Positions 28,144-41,177 of a stretch of 64,000 nucleotides of DNA are shown here, piece after piece. Each line of letters opens with the position of its first letter. Positions within the stretch are counted from its first letter, which is position 1. Location: NCBI GenBank assembly GCA_965224085.1, contig CBDCYI010000009.1:288001-352000 (forward strand). Reading direction: 5' to 3'. Made by a program: the position numbers and the translations under genes. The notes below the pieces were generated by a model. It did not search any database and had not been told where the DNA came from. It was given only the letters and a program-made list of their open reading frames with translations. The DNA is from Candidatus Marinacidobacterales bacterium. Its GTDB lineage: Bacteria; Acidobacteriota; Vicinamibacteria; Marinacidobacterales; SMYC01.

Positions 28144-29790
28144 ATGCGCGTCCTGCTTGTTGTTTTCCTCGCCTTTGTCTCCGCCTGCGAGTCGGAGAGC
28201 GAGCGGGAGCCCGCTGGGATCGCTTTGTTGAACGCCACCATCTGGACCGGAGATCCCGACAACCCGACCGCGGAGGCCGTTCTCATCGAAGGCGATCGCA
28301 TCGTCGCGATTGGCTCGAGCATGGAGATTCGCCCCAAGATCGGCGACGCGCGTGTGATCGACGCCACTGGTCGATTCGTTGTTCCGGGTTTCATCGACAC
28401 GCATGTCCACTTCCTCGACGGCGGCTTCAAGCTCGCCTCGGTACAGCTGCGCGATGCCGACACCCCCGAAGAGTTTGCCCGCCGCATTGGAGATTTCGCG
28501 AAGACCGTCCCCGAAGGGGCGTGGATTACCGGAGGCGATTGGGACCATCAACTTTGGGGCGGCGAGCTTCCCCATCGTGCGATGGTCGACGCGCTCACGC
28601 CCGAACATCCCGTGTGGGTCAATCGGCTCGATGGACACATGGCTCTAGCCAATAGCCTGGCCCTCGAGCTCGCAGGCGTCACGCGGGACACGGCCGACGT
28701 GGCCGGCGGCACTATCGAGCGCGACGGCAATGGAGAACCGACCGGAGTCCTCAAGGACAGCGCGATGGGTCTCGTCTTCGACGTTCTTCCGCCCCCGGAC
28801 GACACGGCTTACGACCGCGCCCTCGAAGCCGCGACGAGCCACGTGGCCGTCCAGGGGGTAACGAGCGTCCACCACATGGGCAGCTGGGACACTCTTGCGG
28901 TGGCCCAACGGGCGCGCGACAACGGCACGCTGAAGACACGTATCTACGCGGCGGTCCCGCTCGTGGATTGGGAGCGACTACGCGACGTGGTGGCCGAACA
29001 CGGCGGCGGGGACGCTTGGCTGCGTTATGGAGTCCTCAAAGGCTTCGTCGATGGCTCACTCGGATCGCACACCGCAGCGTTTCACGCTCCGTTCGACGAC
29101 CAGCCCTCGGATCGAGGCTTTTTCATCAACACGGAAGAAGAACTTCATACGTGGATCTCGGGTGCGGACGCGGCCGGGTTGCACGTCGTCGTCCACGCCA
29201 TCGGGGATCGCGCCAACGAAACACTCCTCGACATCTTCGAGCGTGTTGCCCGAGACAACGGCGCGCGCGACCGGCGTTTTCGCATCGAGCATGCTCAGCA
29301 CTTGAGGCCCGAGGACATCCCCCGCTTCGCGGAGCTCGGCGTCATAGCGAGCATGCAGCCCTACCACGCGATCGATGACGGACGCTGGGCGGAGCGCTAT
29401 ATCGGCCCGGTACGCATCCAGACCACCTACGCGTTTCAAAGCTTGCTGGATGCGGGCGCGACCCTCGCATTCGGTAGTGATTGGACGGTCGCACCGGCGA
29501 CACCGGTCGAAGGGATCTACGCCGCCGTGACGCGGCGCACGCTCGATGACGCGAACCCAGACGGCTGGGTCCCGGAAGAAAAAATCTCAGTGGAAAAAGC
29601 ACTCGTCGCCTATACGAGGAATGGCGCCTACGCATCCTATGAAGAGAACGAGAAAGGGATGCTGAAGCCCGGCTTTCTAGCCGACCTCGCTGTGCTCGAC
29701 CGTGACTTGACGCGCATTTCCTCGGAAGAAATCCGCTACGCCGAAATCGTGATGACTATCGTTGGCGGTGAAATCGTTTACCAACCATAG
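28144..29790 (+). CDS. Amidohydrolase (YtcJ-like, Amidohydro_3), probable lipoprotein
   Basis: Lipobox-like FVSAC, PGFIDTHVH, DGSLGSHTA, HAIGDRA, RIEHAQ and GSDW. Confidence 0.85.
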   Translation: MRVLLVVFLAFVSACESESEREPAGIALLNATIWTGDPDNPTAEAVLIEGDRIVAIGSSMEIRPKIGDARVIDATGRFVVPGFIDTHVHFLDGGFKLASVQLRDADTPEEFARRIGDFAKTVPEGAWITGGDWDHQLWGGELPHRAMVDALTPEHPVWVNRLDGHMALANSLALELAGVTRDTADVAGGTIERDGNGEPTGVLKDSAMGLVFDVLPPPDDTAYDRALEAATSHVAVQGVTSVHHMGSWDTLAVAQRARDNGTLKTRIYAAVPLVDWERLRDVVAEHGGGDAWLRYGVLKGFVDGSLGSHTAAFHAPFDDQPSDRGFFINTEEELHTWISGADAAGLHVVVHAIGDRANETLLDIFERVARDNGARDRRFRIEHAQHLRPEDIPRFAELGVIASMQPYHAIDDGRWAERYIGPVRIQTTYAFQSLLDAGATLAFGSDWTVAPATPVEGIYAAVTRRTLDDANPDGWVPEEKISVEKALVAYTRNGAYASYEENEKGMLKPGFLADLAVLDRDLTRISSEEIRYAEIVMTIVGGEIVYQP

Positions 29791-31167
<1,377 letters not shown>

Positions 31168-31193
31168 CGAGAGCCGTAGCTCCCTAAAGCTCG

Positions 31194-31733
31194 TCAGTGA
31201 ATCAGATAAGCATAAACGTCGACAGAAGCGCTGCGATCGGTCGTGTTGTAGAGAAAGACTCGATATTCGGGAAAGGCGATCGGTAGGCCAGCTCGTGAAC
31301 CGCTGAAATACATCGCGTCTTCCGGCACGGGATTCGCGATGGCCTCGAGCTCGAGATGAACCTCGCCTTCAATGAGCGCGCGGAGGATGTTCTCCTCTTC
31401 CGGAACGAGAACGACCGCGACGGATCCTCCCCCACCCGTACTGCCGCGAAGTTGGCCGTGCAGGCTCAGGACCGCCGATGTAAACCCTTCGGTCGTGATG
31501 CTTCCCACCTCGGTCCAAAGACTCGTCTGGGTGCGCCCGGCGGGTGCGACCACGACGTCGACCATGGCCGCCATATCGCTATGGGGGATCGGCGTGGGGA
31601 CCGCGACGTCCCCCACGATCGGATGCGGGTTCTCGAGATTCACGACGATCGTTCGGGTGAGCTCCTGTACGCCGAACCCGGCCGCGAAAGCCAAGCAGCC
31701 CCCCACGATGGACAACAACATCTGACGCCGCAC
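31194..31733 (-). CDS. Hypothetical exported protein
   Basis: GGGAGG RBS, N-terminal hydrophobic segment, beta-rich remainder. Confidence 0.6.
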   Translation of the reverse strand: MRRQMLLSIVGGCLAFAAGFGVQELTRTIVVNLENPHPIVGDVAVPTPIPHSDMAAMVDVVVAPAGRTQTSLWTEVGSITTEGFTSAVLSLHGQLRGSTGGGGSVAVVLVPEEENILRALIEGEVHLELEAIANPVPEDAMYFSGSRAGLPIAFPEYRVFLYNTTDRSASVDVYAYLIH

Positions 31734-31891
31734 CGCCGTATTCCTCCCGTAGCCACCGCGATTGTAACGTCAGCCGCTGCCGAAAGAGAAATCCTGCGAG
31801 ATAGCTTCCACTGTCAGATTCCCCCCCAGGTGTTTCCCTGCGCGTCCACATCGTATTCGAAATCTACGACGAAGAGGTCGATAATGAGCGC

Positions 31892-32638
31892 ATGGCCCAA
31901 GACAAAGGTTTGCCTCCGTGGGCGTGGGTAGGGTGCGGCTGTGTCGGAGCGATCATAGCGCTCGTCGCCGTCGCCGTGGGGCTCGGCTTCTGGGGCGTCA
32001 ATAAGGCGCGCGAGTTCGGCGAGTCGATGAAAAACCCCGAAGAGCGTACGGAACGGGCCCTCTCCGCATTGGGCGCGAGCGAGCTGCCGGACGGCTACTA
32101 CGCTGTCGTCGCCTTTTCGGTTCCGTTCGTTTTCGACTTCGCCATGCTCTCGGACGAGCCGCCAAAAGAAGACGGCGAGCCTTCGACGGGCGAACACGGG
32201 TTCATTTTCGTTTCCTTTCCAGCAATTGGAGAAGGCGACGAAGAGCTCTATGACTTCTTCGAGGGCCGGAGCGAAGACGTCACCTCTCTGCGCCGCGAGA
32301 ATCTGGACCTGGACCTAGACGAGCGGCTCGACCTAGGACGCCTCGAGCGCGACACGGACGACATCCTTTGGGTAACCCATCGCGGACGCGTCAGTACCGA
32401 TCAGGTCGGCACAGGCACCGATCAAGTCGACGACTCTCACGAAGGCCTCGTGACGCTGACGCTATTCGAGTGCGACGACGACCGGCGTCGTCTCGGCATC
32501 TGGTTCGGTCCCGACTCGTCCCCCGAGACCCGCGCCGAAGATCTCGACTTGCGTGGTACCGTCGGTGACCCGGCTGAGATCGGCGCTTTCATGGCGACGA
32601 TGGAGCCCTGCTCCAAGAAACGCGCCGCAAAGATGTAG
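31892..32638 (+). CDS. Hypothetical single-pass membrane protein
   Basis: WAWVGCGC-TM N-terminus and an acidic extracytoplasmic domain. GATAAT lies 6 nt upstream of the ATG. Confidence 0.65.
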   Translation: MAQDKGLPPWAWVGCGCVGAIIALVAVAVGLGFWGVNKAREFGESMKNPEERTERALSALGASELPDGYYAVVAFSVPFVFDFAMLSDEPPKEDGEPSTGEHGFIFVSFPAIGEGDEELYDFFEGRSEDVTSLRRENLDLDLDERLDLGRLERDTDDILWVTHRGRVSTDQVGTGTDQVDDSHEGLVTLTLFECDDDRRRLGIWFGPDSSPETRAEDLDLRGTVGDPAEIGAFMATMEPCSKKRAAKM

Positions 32639-32662
32639 GGCGCTGAGGATGACGCTTCCGCC

Positions 32663-35626
32663 GTGACGAAAATCGAGTTCCCGATCGAGGGCCAGCCGTC
32701 GGTAGAGCGCTTCCACGGGTTCCAGCGCCTCATCCAGAAGCGCGTTCAAGATGTCCTTCTCGTCTCAACTCTCTACGACTACTACATCCTCTCCCAAGAC
32801 GGACGTCTCAACGAGCAGTTCCTCGGGGAGTTCCTCGAGCTCAATCTACGCCACACACCGAACATCACGCACGTCTTCTCCGGACAAGAGGCGCTAGACC
32901 ACGCGTCCGAACAGCAGCGGTACAACCTCATCATCACCTCGATCGAGCTCGGGGACATGAACGTGCTCCGGCTAATCGAAGAGCTCCGCGCGCGCGGCAT
33001 CAAGACGCCGGTGATTCTTCTCGCTTATGACCGCCGTGAGCTCTCACAGTTCATCGAGAAGAACGACATCTCGACGATCGAGCGCGTCTTCCTATGGCAA
33101 GGCGACGTCCGCATCCTTCTCGCCATCGTGAAGTACATGGAAGACCGGATGAACGTCGCCGACGACACCGGCGTCGCGGGCGTCCCAGCGATCGTTCTCG
33201 TCGAGGACAACATCCGCTACTACTCTTCCTTTCTGCCGGTCATCTACACCGAGCTGGTCAAACATTCTCAGAGCCTCATGCCGGAGAGCTTGAACCTTTC
33301 CGACAGGCTCATGCGCATCCGCGCGCGGCCCAAGATCCTCTTGAGCGACCACTACGAAGAAGCCTGGGAACATTTCAGCCGCTACTCAGACGAGATCCTG
33401 GGGATCATTTCCGACATCCAGTTCCCAAAGGACGGCCAGCGCTGTCGGGATGCCGGAGTTCGGCTCGCCAAGGCGGTGCGCGCTATCCGGCCCGACGTGC
33501 CCATCATGCTGCAATCGAGCCACCAGGAGAACGCGGCGAAGGCCGAGGGTGTCGGCGCCTCGTTTCTGCTAAAGGGCTCGCCGCAGCTCCTACGGCAAGT
33601 TCGCCGCTTCATGGTAGAGAGCCTCCGTATCGGGGATTTCGTTTTCCGGCTTCCCAATGGCACGGAACTCGGCCGCGCCTCGGACTTGAAGACGCTCGCG
33701 CATATGCTCGAAACAGTGCCAGCCGAAAGCCTCGCCTATCACGGCGAACGCAACGACTTTTCCACTTGGCTCAAGGCCCGCACCGAATTCGACCTTGCAA
33801 AAAAGCTGCGGCCTCGTAAAGTGTCGGATTTCGCGACGCTCGAGCAGCTCCGCGGCACCGTGGTCCGCGCCATCGCCGAGCACCGTAAAGAGCGCAACCG
33901 AGGCCTTGTCGTCGATTTCGACCGCAGTACGTTCGACGCCTCTGCAAGCTTTTATCGCATCGGCGGTGGATCCCTCGGCGGCAAAGCGCGCGGTATCGCC
34001 TTCGTGAACAATCTACTCAACCAGAACCACATCGACCGCCATTTCCCGGGCGTCGCCATCCACGTCCCCACCACCGTGGTCATTGGAACGGAAGTCTTCG
34101 ACCGGTTCATCGAGGATAACGATTTCTGGGCCTTCGCGAGTGAGAGCGATGACGACCCCGAGATCGAGCGTCGCTTCCAGAAAGCGTCGTTTCCGCGCGA
34201 GCTTCGGAAGGATCTCAAAGTGTTTCTCGACCGTGCCCACTATCCCCTCGCGGTACGCTCGTCGAGTCTTCTGGAGGATTCGCCCTACGACCCTTTCGCC
34301 GGCGTTTACGAAACATACATGGTTCCCAACAACCATCCGTCGCTCGATGTGCGCCTCGAGCAATTGATGACCGCGGTGAAGCGCGTCTACGCCTCGACCT
34401 TTTCCTCACGCGCCAAGACGTTTCTGGACGCGACGCAACATCGGCTCGAAGAGGAGAAGATGGCCGTGATCATTCAAAAGGTCATCGGCACCGCGCACGG
34501 TAATCGCTTTTATCCGGATATCTCGGGTGCGGCACGATCGCACAACTTCTACCCGACACCTCCCGCGAAAGGAGAAGACGGGATCGCCGCCGTCGCGCTC
34601 GGGCTCGGGAAGACCGTCGAGGAAGGCGGTTCCTGTGTGCGATTCAGCCCCAAATATCCACGCCACGTGCCAATGAGCCTCCCCGACGACATCGAGACGT
34701 CGCAGCATAGCTTTTACGCGGTCGAGCTAACGCGAGACGGTCGAGGCGACGTCGTTGCGGACCTCGTGCAGTGGGGTCTCGACGCTGCGGAAGAGGACGG
34801 GACGCTCGCCCAAGTCGCGTCGACCTATTCGGCGGAGAACGATGTTCTCTATGACGGCGTATCCCGCGATGGCGTAAGAGTCGTGACCTTCGCGCCGGTC
34901 TTGAAACACGACTTGTTCCCCCTCGCCGAGATTCTCGACGCGCTCCTCGAGATAGGTGAGGTAGGCACGCGCGGCTCGGTGGAGCTCGAGTTCGCCGTCA
35001 ACCTCACGCCGACACGAGACGGGGAGCGCGAGTTCGGTTTCCTTCAGCTGCGCCCGCTCGCGCTAGCGCAGGAGCTCGAGGACATCGATCTCGGAAGCAC
35101 CACCGAATCCACGCTCATCTGCCACAGCAAGAGCGTCCTCGGTCACGGGCACCTCGAAGAGCTGAAGGATATCGTCGTCGTGGACTACCACCGCTTCGAG
35201 CGCAAAGACAGCCGCCACGCGGCTGAGATCGTCGCCCAGCTGAACGCAGCCCTCCAAGCCGAGGGCCGGCCTTATATTCTCATCGGCGTGGGCCGCTGGG
35301 GATCGCGCGAGCCTTATCTCGGCATCCCGGTGACGTGGAGCCAAGTGGCGGGCGCAAGGGTCATCGTCGAGGCGGGGTTCCGCGACTTCCGGGTCACGCC
35401 TTCCCAGGGGACTCACTTTTTTCAGAATCTCATTTCAAACAGCGTGGGTTATTTCACCGTGAACCCGGAGGAAACAGGCGGGCTCCTCGACTGGGATTGG
35501 CTAGCGCAACTTCCCGCGAGCTACGAGGACGGATCGGTCCGCCACCTCCGCCTGGATGCGCCAGCGGTTGTGAAGATGAACGGCAAACGACACGAAGGGA
35601 TCATCCTCAAGCCGGAAAGGACGTGA
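32663..35626 (+). CDS. Receiver-like domains + PEP/pyruvate-binding (PPDK_N, PEP synthase-like) protein
   Basis: Two REC-like segments, GGSLGGKARG, LAVRSSSLLED..FAGVY, EKMAVIIQ and SQGTHFFQN. Confidence 0.8.
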   Translation: MTKIEFPIEGQPSVERFHGFQRLIQKRVQDVLLVSTLYDYYILSQDGRLNEQFLGEFLELNLRHTPNITHVFSGQEALDHASEQQRYNLIITSIELGDMNVLRLIEELRARGIKTPVILLAYDRRELSQFIEKNDISTIERVFLWQGDVRILLAIVKYMEDRMNVADDTGVAGVPAIVLVEDNIRYYSSFLPVIYTELVKHSQSLMPESLNLSDRLMRIRARPKILLSDHYEEAWEHFSRYSDEILGIISDIQFPKDGQRCRDAGVRLAKAVRAIRPDVPIMLQSSHQENAAKAEGVGASFLLKGSPQLLRQVRRFMVESLRIGDFVFRLPNGTELGRASDLKTLAHMLETVPAESLAYHGERNDFSTWLKARTEFDLAKKLRPRKVSDFATLEQLRGTVVRAIAEHRKERNRGLVVDFDRSTFDASASFYRIGGGSLGGKARGIAFVNNLLNQNHIDRHFPGVAIHVPTTVVIGTEVFDRFIEDNDFWAFASESDDDPEIERRFQKASFPRELRKDLKVFLDRAHYPLAVRSSSLLEDSPYDPFAGVYETYMVPNNHPSLDVRLEQLMTAVKRVYASTFSSRAKTFLDATQHRLEEEKMAVIIQKVIGTAHGNRFYPDISGAARSHNFYPTPPAKGEDGIAAVALGLGKTVEEGGSCVRFSPKYPRHVPMSLPDDIETSQHSFYAVELTRDGRGDVVADLVQWGLDAAEEDGTLAQVASTYSAENDVLYDGVSRDGVRVVTFAPVLKHDLFPLAEILDALLEIGEVGTRGSVELEFAVNLTPTRDGEREFGFLQLRPLALAQELEDIDLGSTTESTLICHSKSVLGHGHLEELKDIVVVDYHRFERKDSRHAAEIVAQLNAALQAEGRPYILIGVGRWGSREPYLGIPVTWSQVAGARVIVEAGFRDFRVTPSQGTHFFQNLISNSVGYFTVNPEETGGLLDWDWLAQLPASYEDGSVRHLRLDAPAVVKMNGKRHEGIILKPERT

Positions 35627-35675
35627 CGCGCTCTCAGGAGTCCGGCTCGTCCCGGTGATATAGTATCCGTCGCAC

Positions 35676-37961
35676 ATGAAGATCGCTTGCATTGGAGGCG
35701 GACCTGGCGGTCTCTACTTCGCGATTTCGGCCAAGCGCCGGAATCCCGCCCATGAAATCCACGTCTACGAGCGCAACCGCCCGGACGATACCTTCGGTTG
35801 GGGGGTCGTCTTCTCCGACCAAACCCTAGAAAATCTCCGCGACAACGACACGATCTCCGCGGAACGCATTTTCTCTGCGTTCCACCACTGGGACAACATC
35901 GACATTCACTTCAAAGGCGAGCGCATCCGCTCTGGCGGCCATGGTTTTGCGGGCTTGTCCCGCAAGAAGATGCTTCTCATCTTGCAGGAGCGCGCGCGAG
36001 AGCTCGGTGTCCACCTCCACTTCCAGATGGAGGTGAATTCTCTAGCCGATGTCGGCGAGCACGACTTGTTCATCGCTTGCGATGGGCTCAACAGCAAAAT
36101 CCGCGAGGAATATGCTGAGCATTTCGAGCCAGATATCGAACTGCGCAAGAACAAGTTTATCTGGCTCGGGACGCACAAGACCCTCGATGCGTTCACGTTC
36201 ATCTTCGAGAAAACGGAGCACGGCTGGGTTCAAGTGCACGGCTATCGCTTCGACGACGACACGAGTACCTTCATCATCGAGTGCACGGAGGAAACGTGGC
36301 GTGCTCTCGGGATCGACAAGATGTCGAAACCCGAGAGCAACCGCTTCTGCGAGAAGCTCTTCGCGGACTACCTCGACGGTCACGAGCTCATGGACAACGC
36401 GGCTCATTTGCCAGGCACTGCGTGGCTCACCTTTCCCCGCGTGAGCAACCGCAAGTGGTACCACGAGAACATCGTCCTTCTTGGGGATTCGGCTCATACA
36501 GCGCATTTTTCAATTGGCTCGGGCACGAAGCTCGCTCTCGAGGACGCGATCGAGCTCGCTGACCAGGTCGAGAGGCACGACGTGCTTCAGGACGCGCTCG
36601 AGGGCTACCAGAAAGCGCGCGAGCTCGACGTGCTCCGGCTCCAGAGTGCAGCGCGCAACAGCACCGAGTGGTTCGAGAACGTCGACCGTTACGCGCAGCT
36701 AGAGCCGCAACAGTTCGCCTACGCCCTTCTCACGCGAAGCCAGCGCGTGAGCCACGACAGCCTTCGCGCCCGCGACGCTCGGTGGATGGATCGTTTCGAG
36801 AGTTGGTTTGCGGAGAAAAGCGGCATCTCGACGGACGGACGCCTTATCCCGCCCATGTTCACTCCCTTCCGTTTGCGCGAGCTCACCATCGAGAACCGGG
36901 TCGTCGTTTCTCCTATGTGTATGTACAGCGCCGAAGACGGAGCGCCGTCCGATTTCCATCTCGTGCATCTGGGCGCGCGCGCCTTAGGCGGCGCCGGCCT
37001 CATCTATACAGAGATGACGAATGTCACTCGGGACGCGCGAATCAGCCCCGGCTGCACCGGTATGTATAAACTGGAGCACCTCGCTCAGTGGAAGCGCATC
37101 GTCGACATGGTGCATGACCATTCGAACGCCAAGATCGCGATGCAGCTCGGCCATGCCGGCCCCAAAGGCTCCACGAAGCTGATGTGGGACGGGATGGACG
37201 AGCCGCTCGACGAGGGAAACTGGCCGATCCTAGGTCCGTCGGCCACGCCGTATTCGAAAATCAATCAAGTCCCGAAAGCGATGACTCGCGACGATATGGA
37301 CCGCGTGATTTCGGAGTTCGAGAGCGCGACCCGGATGGCCGAAGAGGCCGGGTTCGACCTTCTGGAGATCCACGCGGCTCATGGCTATCTTTTGTCCGCG
37401 TTCATCACGCCGCTGTCGAACCGCCGCACGGACGCCTATGGCGGTGAGCTCACGAAGCGGCTGCGCTTCCCTCTCGAAGTGATCGCGGCGTGCCGCAAGG
37501 CGTGGCCAGCGAGAAAGCCGCTCTCGGTGCGCATCTCGGCGACCGATTGGGTGGATGGCGGTATCACGGCCGACGATGGTGTCGAGATCGCACGCGCCTT
37601 GAAAGCGGAGGCCGTCGACATCGTCAATGTTTCGGCTGGTCAGACGAGCCGGGACGCTCAGCCGGTATACGGGCGTATGTCCCAGACGCCGTTCAGCGAC
37701 AGAATACGCAACGAAGCCCACATTCCTACTCTCGCGGTTGGTAATATCTTCGAGCCGGACCACGTGAACAGCATCATCGGCGCCGGCCGCGCCGACCTTT
37801 GCTGCCTCGCCCGTCCGCATCTGGCCGACCCCTACTGGACGCTCCGCGCCGCGGCGCAACAAAAGGTGGACTGGGTCAAATGGCCAAAACAGTATACAGC
37901 CGGAAAAGAACAGCTCGAGCGTAACCTTGAGAAAACGCTCGGCATGGTCATCGACATATGA
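35676..37961 (+). CDS. Bifunctional 2-aminobenzoyl-CoA monooxygenase/reductase (salicylyl-CoA 5-hydroxylase family)
   Basis: N-terminal flavin monooxygenase ([38 protein letters not shown]) fused to an OYE barrel ([17 protein letters not shown]). Confidence 0.9.
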   Translation: MKIACIGGGPGGLYFAISAKRRNPAHEIHVYERNRPDDTFGWGVVFSDQTLENLRDNDTISAERIFSAFHHWDNIDIHFKGERIRSGGHGFAGLSRKKMLLILQERARELGVHLHFQMEVNSLADVGEHDLFIACDGLNSKIREEYAEHFEPDIELRKNKFIWLGTHKTLDAFTFIFEKTEHGWVQVHGYRFDDDTSTFIIECTEETWRALGIDKMSKPESNRFCEKLFADYLDGHELMDNAAHLPGTAWLTFPRVSNRKWYHENIVLLGDSAHTAHFSIGSGTKLALEDAIELADQVERHDVLQDALEGYQKARELDVLRLQSAARNSTEWFENVDRYAQLEPQQFAYALLTRSQRVSHDSLRARDARWMDRFESWFAEKSGISTDGRLIPPMFTPFRLRELTIENRVVVSPMCMYSAEDGAPSDFHLVHLGARALGGAGLIYTEMTNVTRDARISPGCTGMYKLEHLAQWKRIVDMVHDHSNAKIAMQLGHAGPKGSTKLMWDGMDEPLDEGNWPILGPSATPYSKINQVPKAMTRDDMDRVISEFESATRMAEEAGFDLLEIHAAHGYLLSAFITPLSNRRTDAYGGELTKRLRFPLEVIAACRKAWPARKPLSVRISATDWVDGGITADDGVEIARALKAEAVDIVNVSAGQTSRDAQPVYGRMSQTPFSDRIRNEAHIPTLAVGNIFEPDHVNSIIGAGRADLCCLARPHLADPYWTLRAAAQQKVDWVKWPKQYTAGKEQLERNLEKTLGMVIDI

Positions 37962-37977
37962 GCGGAGCGACGACACC

Positions 37978-38787
37978 ATGAAGCTTTCCGAGCACAAGCC
38001 GAAGCATTTTCTTTGGAGCATGGACGGCGCCGTCGCTACGCTTATGCTCAACCGCCCCGAGCGCAAGAACCCATTGACTTTCGACGCCTATATCGAGATT
38101 AGGGATATCTTCCGAAACCTCGTCGACGCGGAAGACGTGGACGCGGTGGTCATCACCGGAGCCGGAGACAACTTCTGTTCCGGAGGAGACGTGCACGAGA
38201 TCATCGGCCCGCTCACGAAGATGGACATGAAGGGTCTCTTGCGTTTCACCCGACTGACCGGCGATCTCGTCAAAGCGATACGCGGCTGCCCTCAGCCTGT
38301 TATCTCCGCAATACAAGGCATCTGCGTGGGAGCTGGCGCCATCATTGCGATGGCCTCCGACATGCGACTCGCGACGCCGGAAAGCAAGACGGCCTTCTTG
38401 TTCACGAAAGTCGGCCTTGCGGGATGCGATATGGGGGCGTGCGCGATCCTTCCGCGGATCATCGGACAAGGCCGCGCGTCGGAGCTTCTCTTAACCGGCC
38501 GAAACATGAGCGCCGACGAAGGTGAGCGCTGGGGCTTCTACAACCGCCTCGCTGCACCGGGCGAGCTTTTGAGCGAAGCCCAGGCGCTGGCGGCAAAGCT
38601 CGCCGCGGGGCCGAACTTCGCTCACATGATGACGAAGACCCAGCTCGACAAAGAATGGGCGATGACCCTCGACGCTGCTATCGAGGCGGAAGCCCAAGCA
38701 CAGGCGATTTGCATGCAGACGCGGGATTTCGAGCGCGCCTACGAGGCTTTTGCGGCTAGACAGAAACCGGTTTTCGAAGGGGACTGA
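37978..38787 (+). CDS. Enoyl-CoA hydratase/isomerase family protein
   Basis: [28 protein letters not shown] and GLAGCDMG. Confidence 0.9.
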   Translation: MKLSEHKPKHFLWSMDGAVATLMLNRPERKNPLTFDAYIEIRDIFRNLVDAEDVDAVVITGAGDNFCSGGDVHEIIGPLTKMDMKGLLRFTRLTGDLVKAIRGCPQPVISAIQGICVGAGAIIAMASDMRLATPESKTAFLFTKVGLAGCDMGACAILPRIIGQGRASELLLTGRNMSADEGERWGFYNRLAAPGELLSEAQALAAKLAAGPNFAHMMTKTQLDKEWAMTLDAAIEAEAQAQAICMQTRDFERAYEAFAARQKPVFEGD

Positions 38788-38789
38788 AG

Positions 38790-39135
38790 TTGCGGCCCGA
38801 TTTCCTGGCTTGGCCGTTTTTCGAGGACCGGCACCGATATGCTCACCGCGATCGACGCGGCCGCACTTCTCGTCTATCGCGCCGCATGGACGAAGGACCA
38901 AGGCGCTGAGCGCGTCACCAAGGAATCTGCGATGGCCAAGATGTACGGAACTGAAGCGGCGCAGCGAGTCGTCGATGACGCCGTGCAGCTCTTCGGCGCC
39001 GAGGGCGTCGTCAAAGGAAGCGTCGTCGAACGCCTCTACCGCGAAGTCCGCGCACTCCGGATATACGAAGGCACGACCGAGATTCAAAAGCTCATCCTTG
39101 CACGACATATCCGCCAGGAATACGAGAATGCGTGA
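38790..39135 (+). pseudogene. Acyl-CoA dehydrogenase with a large internal deletion
   Basis: About 16 N-terminal codons ([16 protein letters not shown]) are joined out of frame to the C-terminal ~100 aa ([34 protein letters not shown]). Confidence 0.8.
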
Positions 39136-40762
39136 GGCACCTACTGGCAAGACGGCGCATGTCGATACGTTTGTTCGCGATCGTTTACCCAAGCCGGAGC
39201 ACTGGCCGACGCTTCTCTACGATTTGTCCGTGCTCGACTACGCCCCCCAGACGAACGTCGTCACCGAGCTTCTCGACAGCCAAGTCGCTGCGGGCCGCGG
39301 GGGCCGACCCGTGCTGCGGATGGAGTCCGGGGATTGGACCTATGCGGAGCTCAGAGACAAAGCAAATCGCCTCGCGCGGGTGTTGACGGAAGATTTCGGC
39401 CTCGTTCCGGGCGGACGGGTTCTGCTGCGGGCGCCCAACAACCCGATGATGGTCGCCTGCTGGATGGCCGTGGCGAAAGCGGGCGGCGTCGTCGTCGCCA
39501 CCATGCCTCTTTTGAGGAGCCGCGAGCTCAGCGTCATTGCCAACAAAGCCAATGTAGAGCTTGCTCTTTGCGACGAGCGCCTAATGGAGGAGATGGAGTC
39601 CGCTTACGAAAGCGACTGCCCTTTGGAAATGCTACTCACGTTCGAAGATGCCGAGCGCCTCGCGGACGCGAAGCCTGCTGAGTTCGAAAACGTCGCGACG
39701 GCCATCGACGATCCCGTGCTCATCGCCTTTACGTCGGGCACGACCGGCGTCCCGAAAGGCTGCGTCCACTTTCACCGGGACCTCTTGGCCTCCGCGGACA
39801 CTTTTTTCAAGGGGACGCTCCCTTGCGACGCCACCGACGTTTTCACTGGCTCACCGCCGGTGGCGTTCACATTCGGGCTCGGGATGCACGCCGTCTTTCC
39901 GATGCGCGCGGGCGCGAGCACCGCGCTCGTTGAGAAACCGACCCCCGAAGCCATTCTCGAAGCTTGCCAGCGGCACGGCATCACGGTGCTCTCGACCGCG
40001 CCCACGGCCTATCGCGCCATGACGCCGCTCGTCGAACGCTACGACGTCTCGTCCCTCCGGCACTGCATCTCCGCCGGCGAGACCCTTCCCCTGCCCACGG
40101 CCGAAGCGTGGCGCGAAGCGACGGGGCTTCGCATCATCGACGGCATCGGCGCCACCGAAATGTTCCACATCTTCATCAGCGCAGCGGGAGAAGACATCCG
40201 CCCCGGCGCCACTGGAAAGCCCGTCTGCGGCTACGAGGCGAAAGTCTTCGACGACGAGATGAATGAAGTGCCGCCGGACACCGTGGGACGGCTTGCCGTG
40301 CGCGGTCCCACAGGCTGCCGCTACTTGGACGACGAGCGCCAAACGAGCTATGTCCGGAATGGCTGGAATTTTAGTGGCGACGCCTACCTCGTCGACGAAG
40401 ACGGCTATTTCTGGTTTCAGGCGCGCGCGGACGACATGATCATCTCCGCCGGCTACAACATCTCCAGACCCGAGGTCGAGGAAGCTCTTCTCGCGCACGA
40501 GACCGTCGCCGATTGTGCCTGCGTCGCATCCCCTGATGACGAGCGCGGAAGTATCGTGAAAGCTTTCGTCGTCCTGAACCCATCGCGAAAGGGCGATGCC
40601 GCGCTGGCCGCGACGCTTCAAAGCTTCGTCAAAGAGCGCATCGCACCCTACAAGTATCCGCGCGCGATTACGTTCGTCGACGCGCTCCCGCGAACGGAGA
40701 CAGGAAAAGTGCAACGTTTCAAGCTCCGCCAAGCGGAGCTAAAACAAAAGAAGGAGTCATGA
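39128..40762 (+). CDS. 2-aminobenzoate/benzoate-CoA ligase (AMP-binding)
   Basis: TAHVDTF start, [18 protein letters not shown] and PYKYPR...LPRTETGK. Confidence 0.85.
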   Translation: MREAPTGKTAHVDTFVRDRLPKPEHWPTLLYDLSVLDYAPQTNVVTELLDSQVAAGRGGRPVLRMESGDWTYAELRDKANRLARVLTEDFGLVPGGRVLLRAPNNPMMVACWMAVAKAGGVVVATMPLLRSRELSVIANKANVELALCDERLMEEMESAYESDCPLEMLLTFEDAERLADAKPAEFENVATAIDDPVLIAFTSGTTGVPKGCVHFHRDLLASADTFFKGTLPCDATDVFTGSPPVAFTFGLGMHAVFPMRAGASTALVEKPTPEAILEACQRHGITVLSTAPTAYRAMTPLVERYDVSSLRHCISAGETLPLPTAEAWREATGLRIIDGIGATEMFHIFISAAGEDIRPGATGKPVCGYEAKVFDDEMNEVPPDTVGRLAVRGPTGCRYLDDERQTSYVRNGWNFSGDAYLVDEDGYFWFQARADDMIISAGYNISRPEVEEALLAHETVADCACVASPDDERGSIVKAFVVLNPSRKGDAALAATLQSFVKERIAPYKYPRAITFVDALPRTETGKVQRFKLRQAELKQKKES

Positions 40763-41160
40763 CCGAGCACCGGTCCTTGACGCCTCCCGGATGGTCGCGT
40801 GGCAAAGGCTACTCCCACGGCGTCGTCGCCGAAGGTCGGATGGTGCTCGTCTCCGGCCAAGTGGGCTGGGACGAGAACGAGAGCTTAGCCAGCTCGGACT
40901 TTACGGCTCAGTTGCGACAGGCGCTCTTGAACACGAAGGCGATCCTTGCCGAAGCCGGCGCCGGCCCAGAGCACGTTGTCCGCATGACGTGGTTCATCGT
41001 GGACAAGCAGGAATATCTCTCGAGCCTCAAAGAAGTCGGCGCGGCCTACCGTGAGGTGATGGGCAAGAACTATCCCGCCATGGCGGTCGTCGAGGTCAAA
41101 GGCTTGGTCGAGGACGGTGCGCGCCTGGAGATCGAAACGACCGCGGTCATCACGAAATAG
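40759..41160 (+). CDS. RidA/YjgF family protein
   Basis: GYSHG, SGQVG, YPAM and EIETTA. Confidence 0.9.
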   Translation: MTEHRSLTPPGWSRGKGYSHGVVAEGRMVLVSGQVGWDENESLASSDFTAQLRQALLNTKAILAEAGAGPEHVVRMTWFIVDKQEYLSSLKEVGAAYREVMGKNYPAMAVVEVKGLVEDGARLEIETTAVITK

Positions 41161-41177
41161 CGGCGTCCGTTTAGGCG

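Noticed and set aside
32396-32429. Short direct repeat ACCGATCARGTCG x2 (TDQV-GTG-TDQV)
   Set aside because: A small in-frame duplication in a probable loop, with only two copies and no sign of function.
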